A stretch of DNA of 64,000 nt from an uncultured bacterium (GCA_949283025.1 CASDRB010000008.1:85-64084); one strand, 5' to 3'; shown: positions 39,337-47,957, counted from the first letter of the stretch. Numbers and translations: made by a program. Notes: generated from the letters alone by a model not told the origin.

Positions 39337-39945
39337 ATATCGCTATATGCTTTGCTGTTTTCTTTAGACGAAGATAATGCCGGAATGTGGAACTATTATA
39401 CGAAAAATAGAAATCAAGATGGATATTCGCTTACTTTCGATTTAAAAGAGCTAATGTTCAAAATAACTGGTGTCCAGTCGAAACCTATATACTATGACGC
39501 TAATGCTTTCCCTATAATTTATACTGAAGAAGAACAAAATGACATTATCCTTAAAATTCTTAATGAGTACTATTCGCTATGGGATAAATTTGCTGAATAT
39601 AGAAATGAAATTGTGGATGATTGTTTCGATCTACTTATCTCGATAAGGTTTTGTTTTAAGCATCATTCTTATGATTATGAAAAGGAGTTTAGAGTTGTCC
39701 TCAAAGTTGAAAACCATGAATATTATGAAGCCATTAAAAAGAAAGTAATAAAGTTTGAAGAATCAAATGGTTTTTTTATTCCTTGTGTTTATTTAAATTG
39801 CATAAACGAAAATTCACTTTGTGAAATAACGGCATCACCAATGTTAAAAGACGAAATTGATATTCAGAGCCTAAATTCACTTTTATACCAGAATGGGTTA
39901 GAACACGTTCATACTAGGGCCTCAAACTGTCCAAAGCGATATTAA
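39337..39945 (+). pseudogene. 5'-truncated DUF2971-like gene
   Basis: LFSLDEDNAGMWNYYTKNRNQDGYSLTFD resembles the central CFS...MW..Y..G motif of DUF2971 proteins. The N-terminal ~80-100 aa region is absent. The reading frame opens right after stop 39334..39336, 14 nt from the repeat array. Confidence 0.45.
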
Positions 39946-39970
39946 AAAAAGACCTGCCATTTAAGACAAG

Positions 39971-40393
39971 TCAATTCCTAGAAAACACCTTATTGGCATT
40001 CAATTTTGCTTTTTCTACATTTCTTTGAACCACTTCTATTCGATCGTGATCGCGTTGAAGTTTTAAACATACTTTTTGAAACTCTGGAGAGTATTCGAAA
40101 TTATGGATATACATAAAATCAATGTATGCTTGATGACACCAGTAATTCCTCTTTTCTCTCATTTGGTTAAGAAAATTATAATCATCTTTAGAAATAAAAG
40201 GTGTTCCAGCAGAATAATCTAGTTCTTTTAGTTCTTTTATAACGAAACCAAGATTCCTTTTATCTAAGCTATCATAATTTTCGCTAATATCGCCTTTATG
40301 CATCAGCGAATAAATCCATTTTAAATCTCCTTCTATAAGTTGAAAACATCCTATTGTTTCACTGTGCAAAATCTTAAATTCTTGAAAATTCAT
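39971..40393 (-). CDS. Small HEPN-like protein (tentative)
   Basis: 140 aa and all-helical in appearance. Has an Rx4H motif in REKRNYWCHQAY. It is the last gene of the island operon, starting 3 nt after the upstream stop. Confidence 0.45.
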   Translation of the reverse strand: MNFQEFKILHSETIGCFQLIEGDLKWIYSLMHKGDISENYDSLDKRNLGFVIKELKELDYSAGTPFISKDDYNFLNQMREKRNYWCHQAYIDFMYIHNFEYSPEFQKVCLKLQRDHDRIEVVQRNVEKAKLNANKVFSRN

Positions 40394-40396
40394 AGT

Positions 40397-40576
40397 TTAT
40401 TCGACTTCTTTTTCAAAGACTACGACACAAGCACCGAGCCAATCAGAAAAATCAAATTTAACTAATTTCCAACCTTCATCAGCTTTTTCGTCAAGAGTGT
40501 CTTGCAACTTTTTTGTTAGTGACTTTTTGCTAAGAGCATAACCCAATGTCACCGTCTCATATTTATATTTTTTCAT
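40397..40576 (-). CDS. DUF4177-like small protein (59 aa, below the ORF-track cutoff)
   Basis: Manual translation: MKKYKYETVTLGYALSKKSLTKKLQDTLDEKADEGWKLVKFDFSDWLGACVVVFEKEVE. The YKYETV...EGWKLV...VVFEK pattern is typical of DUF4177. ATGA overlap with the upstream gene. Confidence 0.6.
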   Translation of the reverse strand: MKKYKYETVTLGYALSKKSLTKKLQDTLDEKADEGWKLVKFDFSDWLGACVVVFEKEVE

Positions 40577-41265
40577 TCTATCATCCCCAGCTCTTTCATC
40601 TTCTCTTCCCTAAGTTCAGATAATGTTTTCTTGTCATCTGCTTTTCTCATAAAGGCATAGCTTTGAATGGCTTTCCACCCTGTAACTTTGCAGCCGAAGA
40701 CATTCGCAGACATCGTTTCCCCTTTGTATTCGACGTGTTTTCCATCAAGTATTGTTGCTACTTCATCTGGGTGAGAAATAACACAAATCTTATCACCCGG
40801 TTTAACTAATCCTTGTTCGATCATCCAATCCAATTTAGGAAGCTTAGTTTGAGTTCTTTTAGTTCTTATTTCTTCTGCTTCTTCTTCGTCTCTAATTTGT
40901 TTTGCAGATGGTTCTACCAAAACTAGATGATCTTCTAATCCGTTTATCTGAGCAATGGTTTCAAGAATAGAATAAGCATCAGCAGGTGTCATATTATAAA
41001 ATTCACGTTTCCTAGTCTTACCATCAAACTCCTCAATACTTCTAAGATTAGGGTTAAGCTTATCGATCATTTGATGCAGCTTCATGTCAGTGAGTCTTTT
41101 TGGAACTTCATAATAGGCATAAAGCCTAAAAGCGAAAGGAATGCATTCACTCCTATTAAGTTCTTTTAACCTTTTGTTAACATCGTCCGCATATCCTATC
41201 TTCACATAGTCTGGGAACGATGGATTGGTAAGTATGTAGATTACGCCTTGTGATTTAGTTTCCAT
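40573..41265 (-). CDS. T5orf172 (GIY-YIG superfamily) domain protein with DUF4357-like C-terminus
   Basis: GVIYILTNPSFPDYVKIGYADDVNKRLKELN is a T5orf172/MUG113-type signature. The C-terminal ~80 aa domain assignment is tentative. Confidence 0.65.
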   Translation of the reverse strand: METKSQGVIYILTNPSFPDYVKIGYADDVNKRLKELNRSECIPFAFRLYAYYEVPKRLTDMKLHQMIDKLNPNLRSIEEFDGKTRKREFYNMTPADAYSILETIAQINGLEDHLVLVEPSAKQIRDEEEAEEIRTKRTQTKLPKLDWMIEQGLVKPGDKICVISHPDEVATILDGKHVEYKGETMSANVFGCKVTGWKAIQSYAFMRKADDKKTLSELREEKMKELGMIE

Positions 41266-41278
41266 AGATTAGTTGTCC

Positions 41279-44200
41279 TTACTTTAATTTCCAAGATAAA
41301 AAATCTTGTGTAAATTTGTCCTTATTTTCATAAAGAATTTTGTTAACTTCTTTTTTAGAAACGCTCAACGCTTTAGCTATCTTTTTAGCACTCATCCCTT
41401 TAGCATTAGATTTTAGCAAAGAAACTATTTTTTCTTCTAGACTATTATCATCGCTAGCAGTTTCACGTTGTGGCGTTTCTTCAACATCTAAATCAGCATC
41501 AGCATCTGTGTCTAACTCATTGCTATAAGATGTGATTTCGTCTTGAACGGCTTTAGCGTTTATTTCGTTCACATAGTCTTTGACTTCTTGCTCGATTTTA
41601 TTAAAACCAAACCAACCAAAACTATTGCGATATTGATTGTTAATATCAGGATTATTAGTATCTAAATTTTCGCCGATAGATTCATTCACAAAGAACTCGT
41701 GGATATAGTTGTTTAAAGTTTTTTCCTCAAAAATATGATATTTATTCAAAGCTTCAAAATCTTCTTTTTTAATACCAACTGCCTCTAAAAAGACATCAGG
41801 ATCAGCATTTTTAAAGATTTCTCTAAATGTTGTTTCACGATAGACGCTAATAAATAAAAATTCTATAAGTCTTGATAAAATATGCCTCAAAGCGTTGTTA
41901 CAATCAGCAACCGACGTGTCATTAGGTCCAGCAGGAATCTTAGGTGCTAAGGTTGTTTTAACTCCAAGTTTAAATGAATCACAATACCATCTCTTATATA
42001 GCATTCCTCTATATTCTTGTGGAATATGGTTAATGTCATTTAAATATTGATTAACAAAATTATAGATTTTTGGTCTTGTTTCTTTTGTAAATACAATATT
42101 GTTGCCAAACTGCGCTTTTACTTCATTATTAGCGAATTTGATGCCATCTTCTTTTCCACATTGAAGTCTTCTAATTGGAACATTAACGCCCTGTTCATAT
42201 CCTTTTTTAAAGCCGTTTGTGTACCAAACAACCTCATTATGACTATAAGTCTTAGGACAGTTCTCAATTACATAGTTTTCTATCTTCTCTTCAAATGTTT
42301 TTTGAACAACTTCATCATCTAAATCAAAATAGAGATTAGAATCAGCTAATCCCAAGTTATAACCCTTGTCTCTACCTTCTTTGGCTACTTTAGTTTCATA
42401 TCCTTTTTCAGGATCGGATTCTACTGGTTTATATCCACCTTGCTTCTTATCTTTAAATTTAGAGTGAGCAAATATCTTTTTGAATATATCATTTATTTCC
42501 GGATCATTGAGCATTGCAGCAAGTGTCTCTTCGTCCGCTACGTGAGTTGTATTCGCTAGATTTGTAATCTTTCTGCTTAAAGGGAGCTTTGATTGATCGC
42601 CTAATGTCGCTAATTCATAGAACACCTCATAAGCAATCGGGCTAGACATATCACCATTCATGAAAATTGGTAGATATTTAACGATTAATTTTGCTGTTTG
42701 AAGTTTTGTATAAGCTTCGTTCTTGCCACTTTCCTCAGCATATCTTAAAAGTAAAGCTGCTGCCCTATCGATATTGAAATCATAAACATATCCCTCTTTT
42801 TTTAAAATAACACCATTTTTAACAAGAGGGGTTTGAATTCGAAACACGGATTGAAAATATTGTTCCGGCGAAGATAAATCTTTTAAAACAAAGACACTAA
42901 ACCAATCTTTAACAGTAACGCCAATAGTTAATTTGTTTACTGTAAGGGCGATACTTCCTAGTTTATTAGTGTTATTGGCCCTAGTAATGCCTTCCATTAA
43001 ATGGTCGAATGCATCAACACCACTTCCTACACTTCTATCAGAAAGATTGATGATTTCATATTTAGAAAAATAGTCGTCGCTTTGAAGAAGCTTAGTCATG
43101 GCTATACAAGAATTAACTGATGGCATGAGCCATAATGTGTGCTTGTTATTGTTGAGCATTTTGTGGTTTGAATATGGGAAATCCATGCCGAATGTGGATC
43201 TACCTTTTATGATTTCAAACCACGTTTTGATTTCGTCCTCATAGACAAACACTAATGGTTCGTCAGGATTGGAATCCTGTCTAGTTTCAAAGAATTTATT
43301 TAAAGAAAAATATGATTTGCCCAGAAATTTATCAGTTGAACTAGTTTGATCACTTAAACTTCCAAACAAAGTAGACATGTTGTAGCCGAATATCTTCATG
43401 TCTGGGAATTGAGCGTAAAGAGGATCTATACGCTCAAAACTAGGTGGTTCTTTATCTGAGTCAGGATATTTATTTTTTTGCTCATCAAAGTAAGAATATG
43501 TAAACGTTGTATCTTTAGTAAACTCGCCCCTAGCTAATACTTTAAAAGGGGTCCCAGATAAGCAAATTATCTTATCGGTTTTGATGCCAAATCTATCGAT
43601 AACATCCTTTGTTTTGCTTAATTCTTTACTGTAAGCTGAGTCCAAGTCTTCTAACTTTTCTTGAGTTCTTTCATTCCAAGCGCCGAAATGATATTCATCT
43701 AAGATAACTAAATCAAAATGTTCTCCTTTTAGCTTTGCGATTTTCTCTTTTACATCGCCATCTTTTTCTTTTCCTAAGAAATTCTGCAACGACAAAAACA
43801 GAACGTATGGCTCATTGAGATTTTCCAAATGGAAAAATACATTTCTTAAATTTTTATCAGTGTAATATTTGTAATCTTTTTGAATATGTAAAAGATCATC
43901 TTTCCATGAAGCCTCAACTGCAGGTATGAATGTAAGAATTAAAATCCTATTTATGTTTGCTTCTTCGCAGTATTTGTAAGTGGTATAGGATTTACCAAAA
44001 CGCATTTTGCAATTAAGCAAAAAACGTCCGCCTTTAGGCTTTTTATCAAAATAAGTTTTAAGAGCATCGATACAGGCTTGTTGTTCTTTTCTAGGTGTAT
44101 AGATTTCCTTTTTCGAGCCTTTATTTCTAACTTTTTCAAATATCTCAATTAATTCATCTTGAGGAACATTAGTGAACCACTCTTGCTCCTTTTCGGTAAT

Positions 44201-44581
44201 ACCAGCATTGATTTTTAATATCTCATCATGAACATGATAGTCTTTAAACTTCTCATTCCTTGCATCTAAGCAAACGCCCCAATATATGACTTCTCTTTCA
44301 TTTCCATATTTAGCAAATTGATCATCAGTTAGAGCTAATTCATGGACTTGTTCACCTATTCTTTTCTTTAGAGCATGATTAAATGTCTCGCCGCCATGAC
44401 AGGTAGCCATACCAACCTTAATTCCGTGAAAAGGAAATTTAGGTAAGATATACATATACAAAACGATTAAATTTTCGTCAGTATCATTTGTTTTGTTTAA
44501 CTCAAAAGTTTGAGTCTTGTCGTCATAAGTAACAACGTCAGATTGATTGATATCAGGAGAAAATATAACTCTGCAAGACAT
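41279..44581 (-). CDS. Multidomain protein: N-terminal T5orf172 nuclease-like domain, SF2 (ResIII/SNF2-like) helicase, C-terminal winged helix
   Basis: N-terminus GIKVGMATC..KKRIGEQ..HVHDEILK..EQEWF. Helicase motifs RFGKSYT (I), VILDEYHFG (II), LSGTPF (III) and QSVFRIQT (VI-like). Acidic linker, then KIVSLLKSNAKGMSAKKIAKALSVSKKEVNKILYENKDKF..SWKL. Confidence 0.8.
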   Translation of the reverse strand: MSCRVIFSPDINQSDVVTYDDKTQTFELNKTNDTDENLIVLYMYILPKFPFHGIKVGMATCHGGETFNHALKKRIGEQVHELALTDDQFAKYGNEREVIYWGVCLDARNEKFKDYHVHDEILKINAGITEKEQEWFTNVPQDELIEIFEKVRNKGSKKEIYTPRKEQQACIDALKTYFDKKPKGGRFLLNCKMRFGKSYTTYKYCEEANINRILILTFIPAVEASWKDDLLHIQKDYKYYTDKNLRNVFFHLENLNEPYVLFLSLQNFLGKEKDGDVKEKIAKLKGEHFDLVILDEYHFGAWNERTQEKLEDLDSAYSKELSKTKDVIDRFGIKTDKIICLSGTPFKVLARGEFTKDTTFTYSYFDEQKNKYPDSDKEPPSFERIDPLYAQFPDMKIFGYNMSTLFGSLSDQTSSTDKFLGKSYFSLNKFFETRQDSNPDEPLVFVYEDEIKTWFEIIKGRSTFGMDFPYSNHKMLNNNKHTLWLMPSVNSCIAMTKLLQSDDYFSKYEIINLSDRSVGSGVDAFDHLMEGITRANNTNKLGSIALTVNKLTIGVTVKDWFSVFVLKDLSSPEQYFQSVFRIQTPLVKNGVILKKEGYVYDFNIDRAAALLLRYAEESGKNEAYTKLQTAKLIVKYLPIFMNGDMSSPIAYEVFYELATLGDQSKLPLSRKITNLANTTHVADEETLAAMLNDPEINDIFKKIFAHSKFKDKKQGGYKPVESDPEKGYETKVAKEGRDKGYNLGLADSNLYFDLDDEVVQKTFEEKIENYVIENCPKTYSHNEVVWYTNGFKKGYEQGVNVPIRRLQCGKEDGIKFANNEVKAQFGNNIVFTKETRPKIYNFVNQYLNDINHIPQEYRGMLYKRWYCDSFKLGVKTTLAPKIPAGPNDTSVADCNNALRHILSRLIEFLFISVYRETTFREIFKNADPDVFLEAVGIKKEDFEALNKYHIFEEKTLNNYIHEFFVNESIGENLDTNNPDINNQYRNSFGWFGFNKIEQEVKDYVNEINAKAVQDEITSYSNELDTDADADLDVEETPQRETASDDNSLEEKIVSLLKSNAKGMSAKKIAKALSVSKKEVNKILYENKDKFTQDFLSWKLK

Positions 44582-44582
44582 A

Positions 44583-46298
44583 CTAAATCATCTCCTGAAT
44601 ATTCATTTGAATGAATTTGATTTCTTCACTATTTAAACCATATCGAACAAATAATTGTTCATCAATACTGCTAACACTCTTTGACCAATCAATATCTTTC
44701 TTAGACTTAAAATCTAAAAGAGGGACAAATCTATATACTTTTTGAGTGGTGTGTTGTGTTTGTTTTTGAATACCTACTAAAGCTCTAAAAAATTTGGTCT
44801 TTATATATTTTATTACATTTTCTGCGCTTTGTGCATCATTAAAAGGGCCTATCTCGAGGAATGTCTCAGTGCATAGTTGTCCTGGCGTGCTTAGCACTGG
44901 CGTGCTAGGGACCTCTCCAATATTTCCGCAGCCATAAGCCTCAGCAATAAATACTTTATATTTATCAAGGCATGGACTTTTCTTTGGAATTGGATAGTTC
45001 TTAGGCAAATATTTCCAAGTCCTTTTCATTTTATCACCTAAGCCAAAAATTTCATAGCCGCCATCAATTTTTTCAGTTAAAAATTCTGGGAGCCCGAACT
45101 TCGATGCAGACACCATAGTCTCAGCACGAAAACCATATGGTTTGGAAGCTGAGACTATGGTGTCGAACGTATTTTCATTTCGCGCTAAAACTTTGTCTAA
45201 AATTGAAACCAAAATCTCGTCGCGAATAAAAATATCTACGCCATCTTTTTTTAAATACCTTGTACTCTTTCTAACACCGTTTTGGGTATACGATGTAATC
45301 TTACATGGTCCGGTGTGATCTTTATCCCACAAAAAGAAACAAACGCCGCCTTTTATATCATTATTAGGGAAACATTCTTTTGGATTTAAAAAATCATGTA
45401 GACTTGAAAAATGTTTATCTTCAATCATTTTTTGCCTAAAATCATCTAACCCCTTCCCACCTATCATCCACCTAGATGGAACAATCATGCATAAATATTT
45501 TGGATTTAAAGAAATAGCATTTTCAACAAACAATTGATAGATAGGCCTTGCGCTAGCTTGTGCCCCTCCATCACTTAATTGGTATGGCGGATTTCCGATA
45601 ATTACATCAAATTTCATAGACCTGTCTCCTTTAAAAAATAAATCTTGCAAATGCCTCTCTAAAGCCAATTTCCCATAGTGGATAAATTCGTAGGCATAAT
45701 GTTCCCTTTGATCAGATGAATTGTACTTAGAATTACTCTTTACACGACAGTATATACATTTACCACCTTTATCAAATGTATGCTCGATTCGTGGAGTTTT
45801 TATATTTCCTTCTTCATCATCAAACCATGTTCCATTGCCAATCGCATATCCATTTACATAATGTCCATCGGGCGCTTTAATTCCATCGCATTTTCTATTC
45901 GCTTGAGAGCAATAATAAAGGGTTCTTCTAGCTACGTTGGCTGTAAATTTAGTTTGCCCAATAGCAAATATCATATTTTGAAGAATGTGTTTTTTTCTTA
46001 TTTCTTCATTTGGAATAATATCTTTTAATCCTTTATCTAATCTCAAGGCAATTTCTCTTTCAAAAATTCCGTTTTTAGTTGCGGGGTTTAACCACTTATA
46101 GTTTGGGTTATGCCATACTTCCTCAGGTAAGGAATCTAGAATCATGTCGCATGTTTTTCGAGGAGTGAAAACCTCATCATTGCCGACATTGGTAATAGTT
46201 TCCAAAATATCGAAGTGTTCTAAATAGTCATAGGCACTTTCGACAGCGCTGGTATGATCTTTTTCTGCCTTTATAGCTACATTCTTATTTTCTTCCAT
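44583..46298 (-). CDS. Eco57I-type (gamma class) N6-adenine DNA methyltransferase
   Basis: Motif X DEVFTPRKTCDMIL, motif I-like WLNPATKNGIF and catalytic motif IV VIIGNPPYQ. It starts 1 nt after the upstream stop. Confidence 0.85.
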   Translation of the reverse strand: MEENKNVAIKAEKDHTSAVESAYDYLEHFDILETITNVGNDEVFTPRKTCDMILDSLPEEVWHNPNYKWLNPATKNGIFEREIALRLDKGLKDIIPNEEIRKKHILQNMIFAIGQTKFTANVARRTLYYCSQANRKCDGIKAPDGHYVNGYAIGNGTWFDDEEGNIKTPRIEHTFDKGGKCIYCRVKSNSKYNSSDQREHYAYEFIHYGKLALERHLQDLFFKGDRSMKFDVIIGNPPYQLSDGGAQASARPIYQLFVENAISLNPKYLCMIVPSRWMIGGKGLDDFRQKMIEDKHFSSLHDFLNPKECFPNNDIKGGVCFFLWDKDHTGPCKITSYTQNGVRKSTRYLKKDGVDIFIRDEILVSILDKVLARNENTFDTIVSASKPYGFRAETMVSASKFGLPEFLTEKIDGGYEIFGLGDKMKRTWKYLPKNYPIPKKSPCLDKYKVFIAEAYGCGNIGEVPSTPVLSTPGQLCTETFLEIGPFNDAQSAENVIKYIKTKFFRALVGIQKQTQHTTQKVYRFVPLLDFKSKKDIDWSKSVSSIDEQLFVRYGLNSEEIKFIQMNIQEMI

Positions 46299-46299
46299 A

Positions 46300-47289
46300 T
46301 TAGATCACTCCCCTTAACAAACTTATAAACCTTACTTTTTTATTCTTTTCCCAATCCATGATGTAGCAATATTTGCCATTATGTTCATAGATATTGTCCT
46401 TAGCACATCCCGGGCATTTCTTCTCTGGCTCACCTAATACCTCTTCTTCGCCAAAGATATTGGTCATCACGTATCGAGTAGATTTGACATTCTTACAACT
46501 GAATGGAACCACGTATTTAAGACCATCCATTTGGAAAACGTTATAAACGATGATTTCCGCAATTTCCTTTAATAATTCGTTAGATGGTTCCTCATTGAAT
46601 TTATCCTTGTAGGAATCAATAAAAGTAAATAGCAAATTCTCTCTTGCAATTAAAAGATTGTCGCCTTGAAATTCATATCCATAGATTGCTTTATAGGCAT
46701 TCTTTGTCCATTCAATCCATTCTTCTTTTGCATCGCAGTTTTCACTTACGACTCTTAACTTTCTATCCAAAAGACCGATGCGTTCAATTAAAGGAATAAA
46801 TTCGCCAGTAACAGTGTCATATCTACTAGTTAAATAAGGCGCTTCACCACAGGTTATTTCTAGTCTTATATCCTTAACGTAGTCTTGCCATGTTTTATCC
46901 GTAAACTCAATTTTATTAGTATTGGCTTGCCATCCTTTTTCTTCTTCAAAATTAAAAACATTCTCTCTTCCGAACCACGCATTATCGATTAAATTATTTT
47001 GTTTGTTGCAAACCCATGATGGAGTAAAGACCTCAGCCTTATCTTTGGATCTGATTCTTTGTTCTTCTTTTGATTTATCAATACGCGCTCTAATAAGTGC
47101 TCTTTTCTTATTTTTAAGAAACTCTAATTTAATTTCAGTAGTTTCCTTATATCCTCTTTTAGCATAATTATCAGTAGCAAAAATAATGTTCTTGTTGGTG
47201 TTTTTATCTTTCAACAAGAGCTCTATTATTTCATCATCGATATTATAGATAAGGTCATTTGTTTGAGTAATTTCCACTATCTCCACCAC
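46300..47289 (-). CDS. Methyltransferase-like protein lacking the catalytic (D/N)PP(Y/F) motif, unknown function
   Basis: AEVFTPSWVCNKQNNLID (motif X-like) and LEITCGEAPYL (motif I-like), but no NPPY-type tetrapeptide. C-terminal CPGC..Y.H..KYC cluster. Confidence 0.6.
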   Translation of the reverse strand: MVEIVEITQTNDLIYNIDDEIIELLLKDKNTNKNIIFATDNYAKRGYKETTEIKLEFLKNKKRALIRARIDKSKEEQRIRSKDKAEVFTPSWVCNKQNNLIDNAWFGRENVFNFEEEKGWQANTNKIEFTDKTWQDYVKDIRLEITCGEAPYLTSRYDTVTGEFIPLIERIGLLDRKLRVVSENCDAKEEWIEWTKNAYKAIYGYEFQGDNLLIARENLLFTFIDSYKDKFNEEPSNELLKEIAEIIVYNVFQMDGLKYVVPFSCKNVKSTRYVMTNIFGEEEVLGEPEKKCPGCAKDNIYEHNGKYCYIMDWEKNKKVRFISLLRGVI

Positions 47290-47292
47290 CCA

Positions 47293-47487
47293 TTAATCAT
47301 CTAATTTCATGCCAATCTCATTGAAGAGAGCGACTAGCTTTTTCTTGGTTTCCATGTTTGGTTCGAATTTTCCTCTTTCCCATCTAGAGATAGAAACAAA
47401 ACTAACATTTAATATTTTAGCAAGATCCTCTTGGGTTAAGAATTTTCTCTCTCGATATTCTCTAATCTTTTTAGCGTAATCAAACAT
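47293..47487 (-). CDS. XRE-family helix-turn-helix regulator (controller-protein position)
   Basis: LTQEDLAKILNVSFVSISRWERGKFEPN. 64 aa and the first gene of the operon. GAGGTG RBS. Confidence 0.85.
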   Translation of the reverse strand: MFDYAKKIREYRERKFLTQEDLAKILNVSFVSISRWERGKFEPNMETKKKLVALFNEIGMKLDD

Positions 47488-47581
47488 ATGGTCACCTCAT
47501 TAACACTGAGCACTATTTTAACACAAAACCCTTAAAATTTCGATATTTTAAATAAACTTTTATGAGATTTTTTCTCAAAAA

Positions 47582-47669
47582 ACAAGGGGTGTCGTTTATC
47601 TCGTAGGGGTTTCATTTTTCTAGTAGCCTAACGTTTCTCTAGTAAGGGTATCGTTTATCTAATAGAGCC
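47582..47669 (-). repeat. Right array of five ~20 bp tandem repeats, inverted relative to the left array
   Basis: The plus strand reads ACAAGGGGTGTC / GTTTATCTCGTAGGGGTTTC / ATTTTTCTAGTAGCCTAAC / GTTTCTCTAGTAAGGGTATC / GTTTATCTAATAGAGCC. It lies about 95-180 nt upstream of the XRE start codon. Confidence 0.85.
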
Positions 47670-47805
47670 AAAAATCTAAAATCCGTCTGTTCGAACCAAT
47701 TTTCATCTACTAGCAAAACGGCAAAAACAAAAAAATGCCCGATTTCTCGAGCAAATATCGTTCACTTTGATACCCTAACTTTGTATCAAAATGTTAGTTA
47801 TAAGA

Positions 47806-47890
47806 TGGTGCGGTTGACAGGACTTGAACCTGCACGAGTTGCCTCATTAGAATCTGAATCTAACGTGTCTACCAATTACACCACAACCGC
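47806..47890 (-). tRNA. tRNA-Leu (anticodon CAG)
   Basis: Manual fold: acceptor GCGGTTG/CAACCGC, anticodon stem TTAGA/TCTAA, loop TTCAGAT, long variable arm, GGTTCAAGTCC, CCA. Confidence 0.85.
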
Positions 47891-47957
47891 ATCTTGAATG
47901 ATTATAACATTGTAAAAATATCTTAACTACTTTTTTTATTATGATATAATACGTAGA

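Larger units (their letters stand above)
39256..47773. mobile_element. Putative genomic island (defence cargo) adjacent to tRNA-Leu(CAG); no recombinase present
   Basis: A 9 bp direct repeat CTTTGATAC occurs at 39256..39264 and 47765..47773. Inverted 20-mer arrays lie just inside both ends. The right end is 33 nt from the tRNA 3' end. A truncated gene sits at the left edge. The cargo looks less AT-rich by eye (not computed). Confidence 0.4.

Noticed and set aside
47656-47665. Exact recurrence of TATCTAATAG (also inverted at 60552..60561) as independent evidence for the repeat family
   Set aside because: With rough base frequencies of about 0.36 for A/T and 0.14 for G/C, about 0.7 chance occurrences of this AT-rich 10-mer are expected in the window. 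It is therefore not significant on its own.
39270-47669. CRISPR array interpretation of the 20 bp repeats
   Set aside because: The units are contiguous with no spacers. They number only 2.5 and 5, they are degenerate, and there are no cas genes.
39256-47773. Calling the island an ICE, prophage or IME
   Set aside because: No integrase, relaxase, conjugation or phage genes are present. Only the boundary repeats and the tRNA proximity support mobility.
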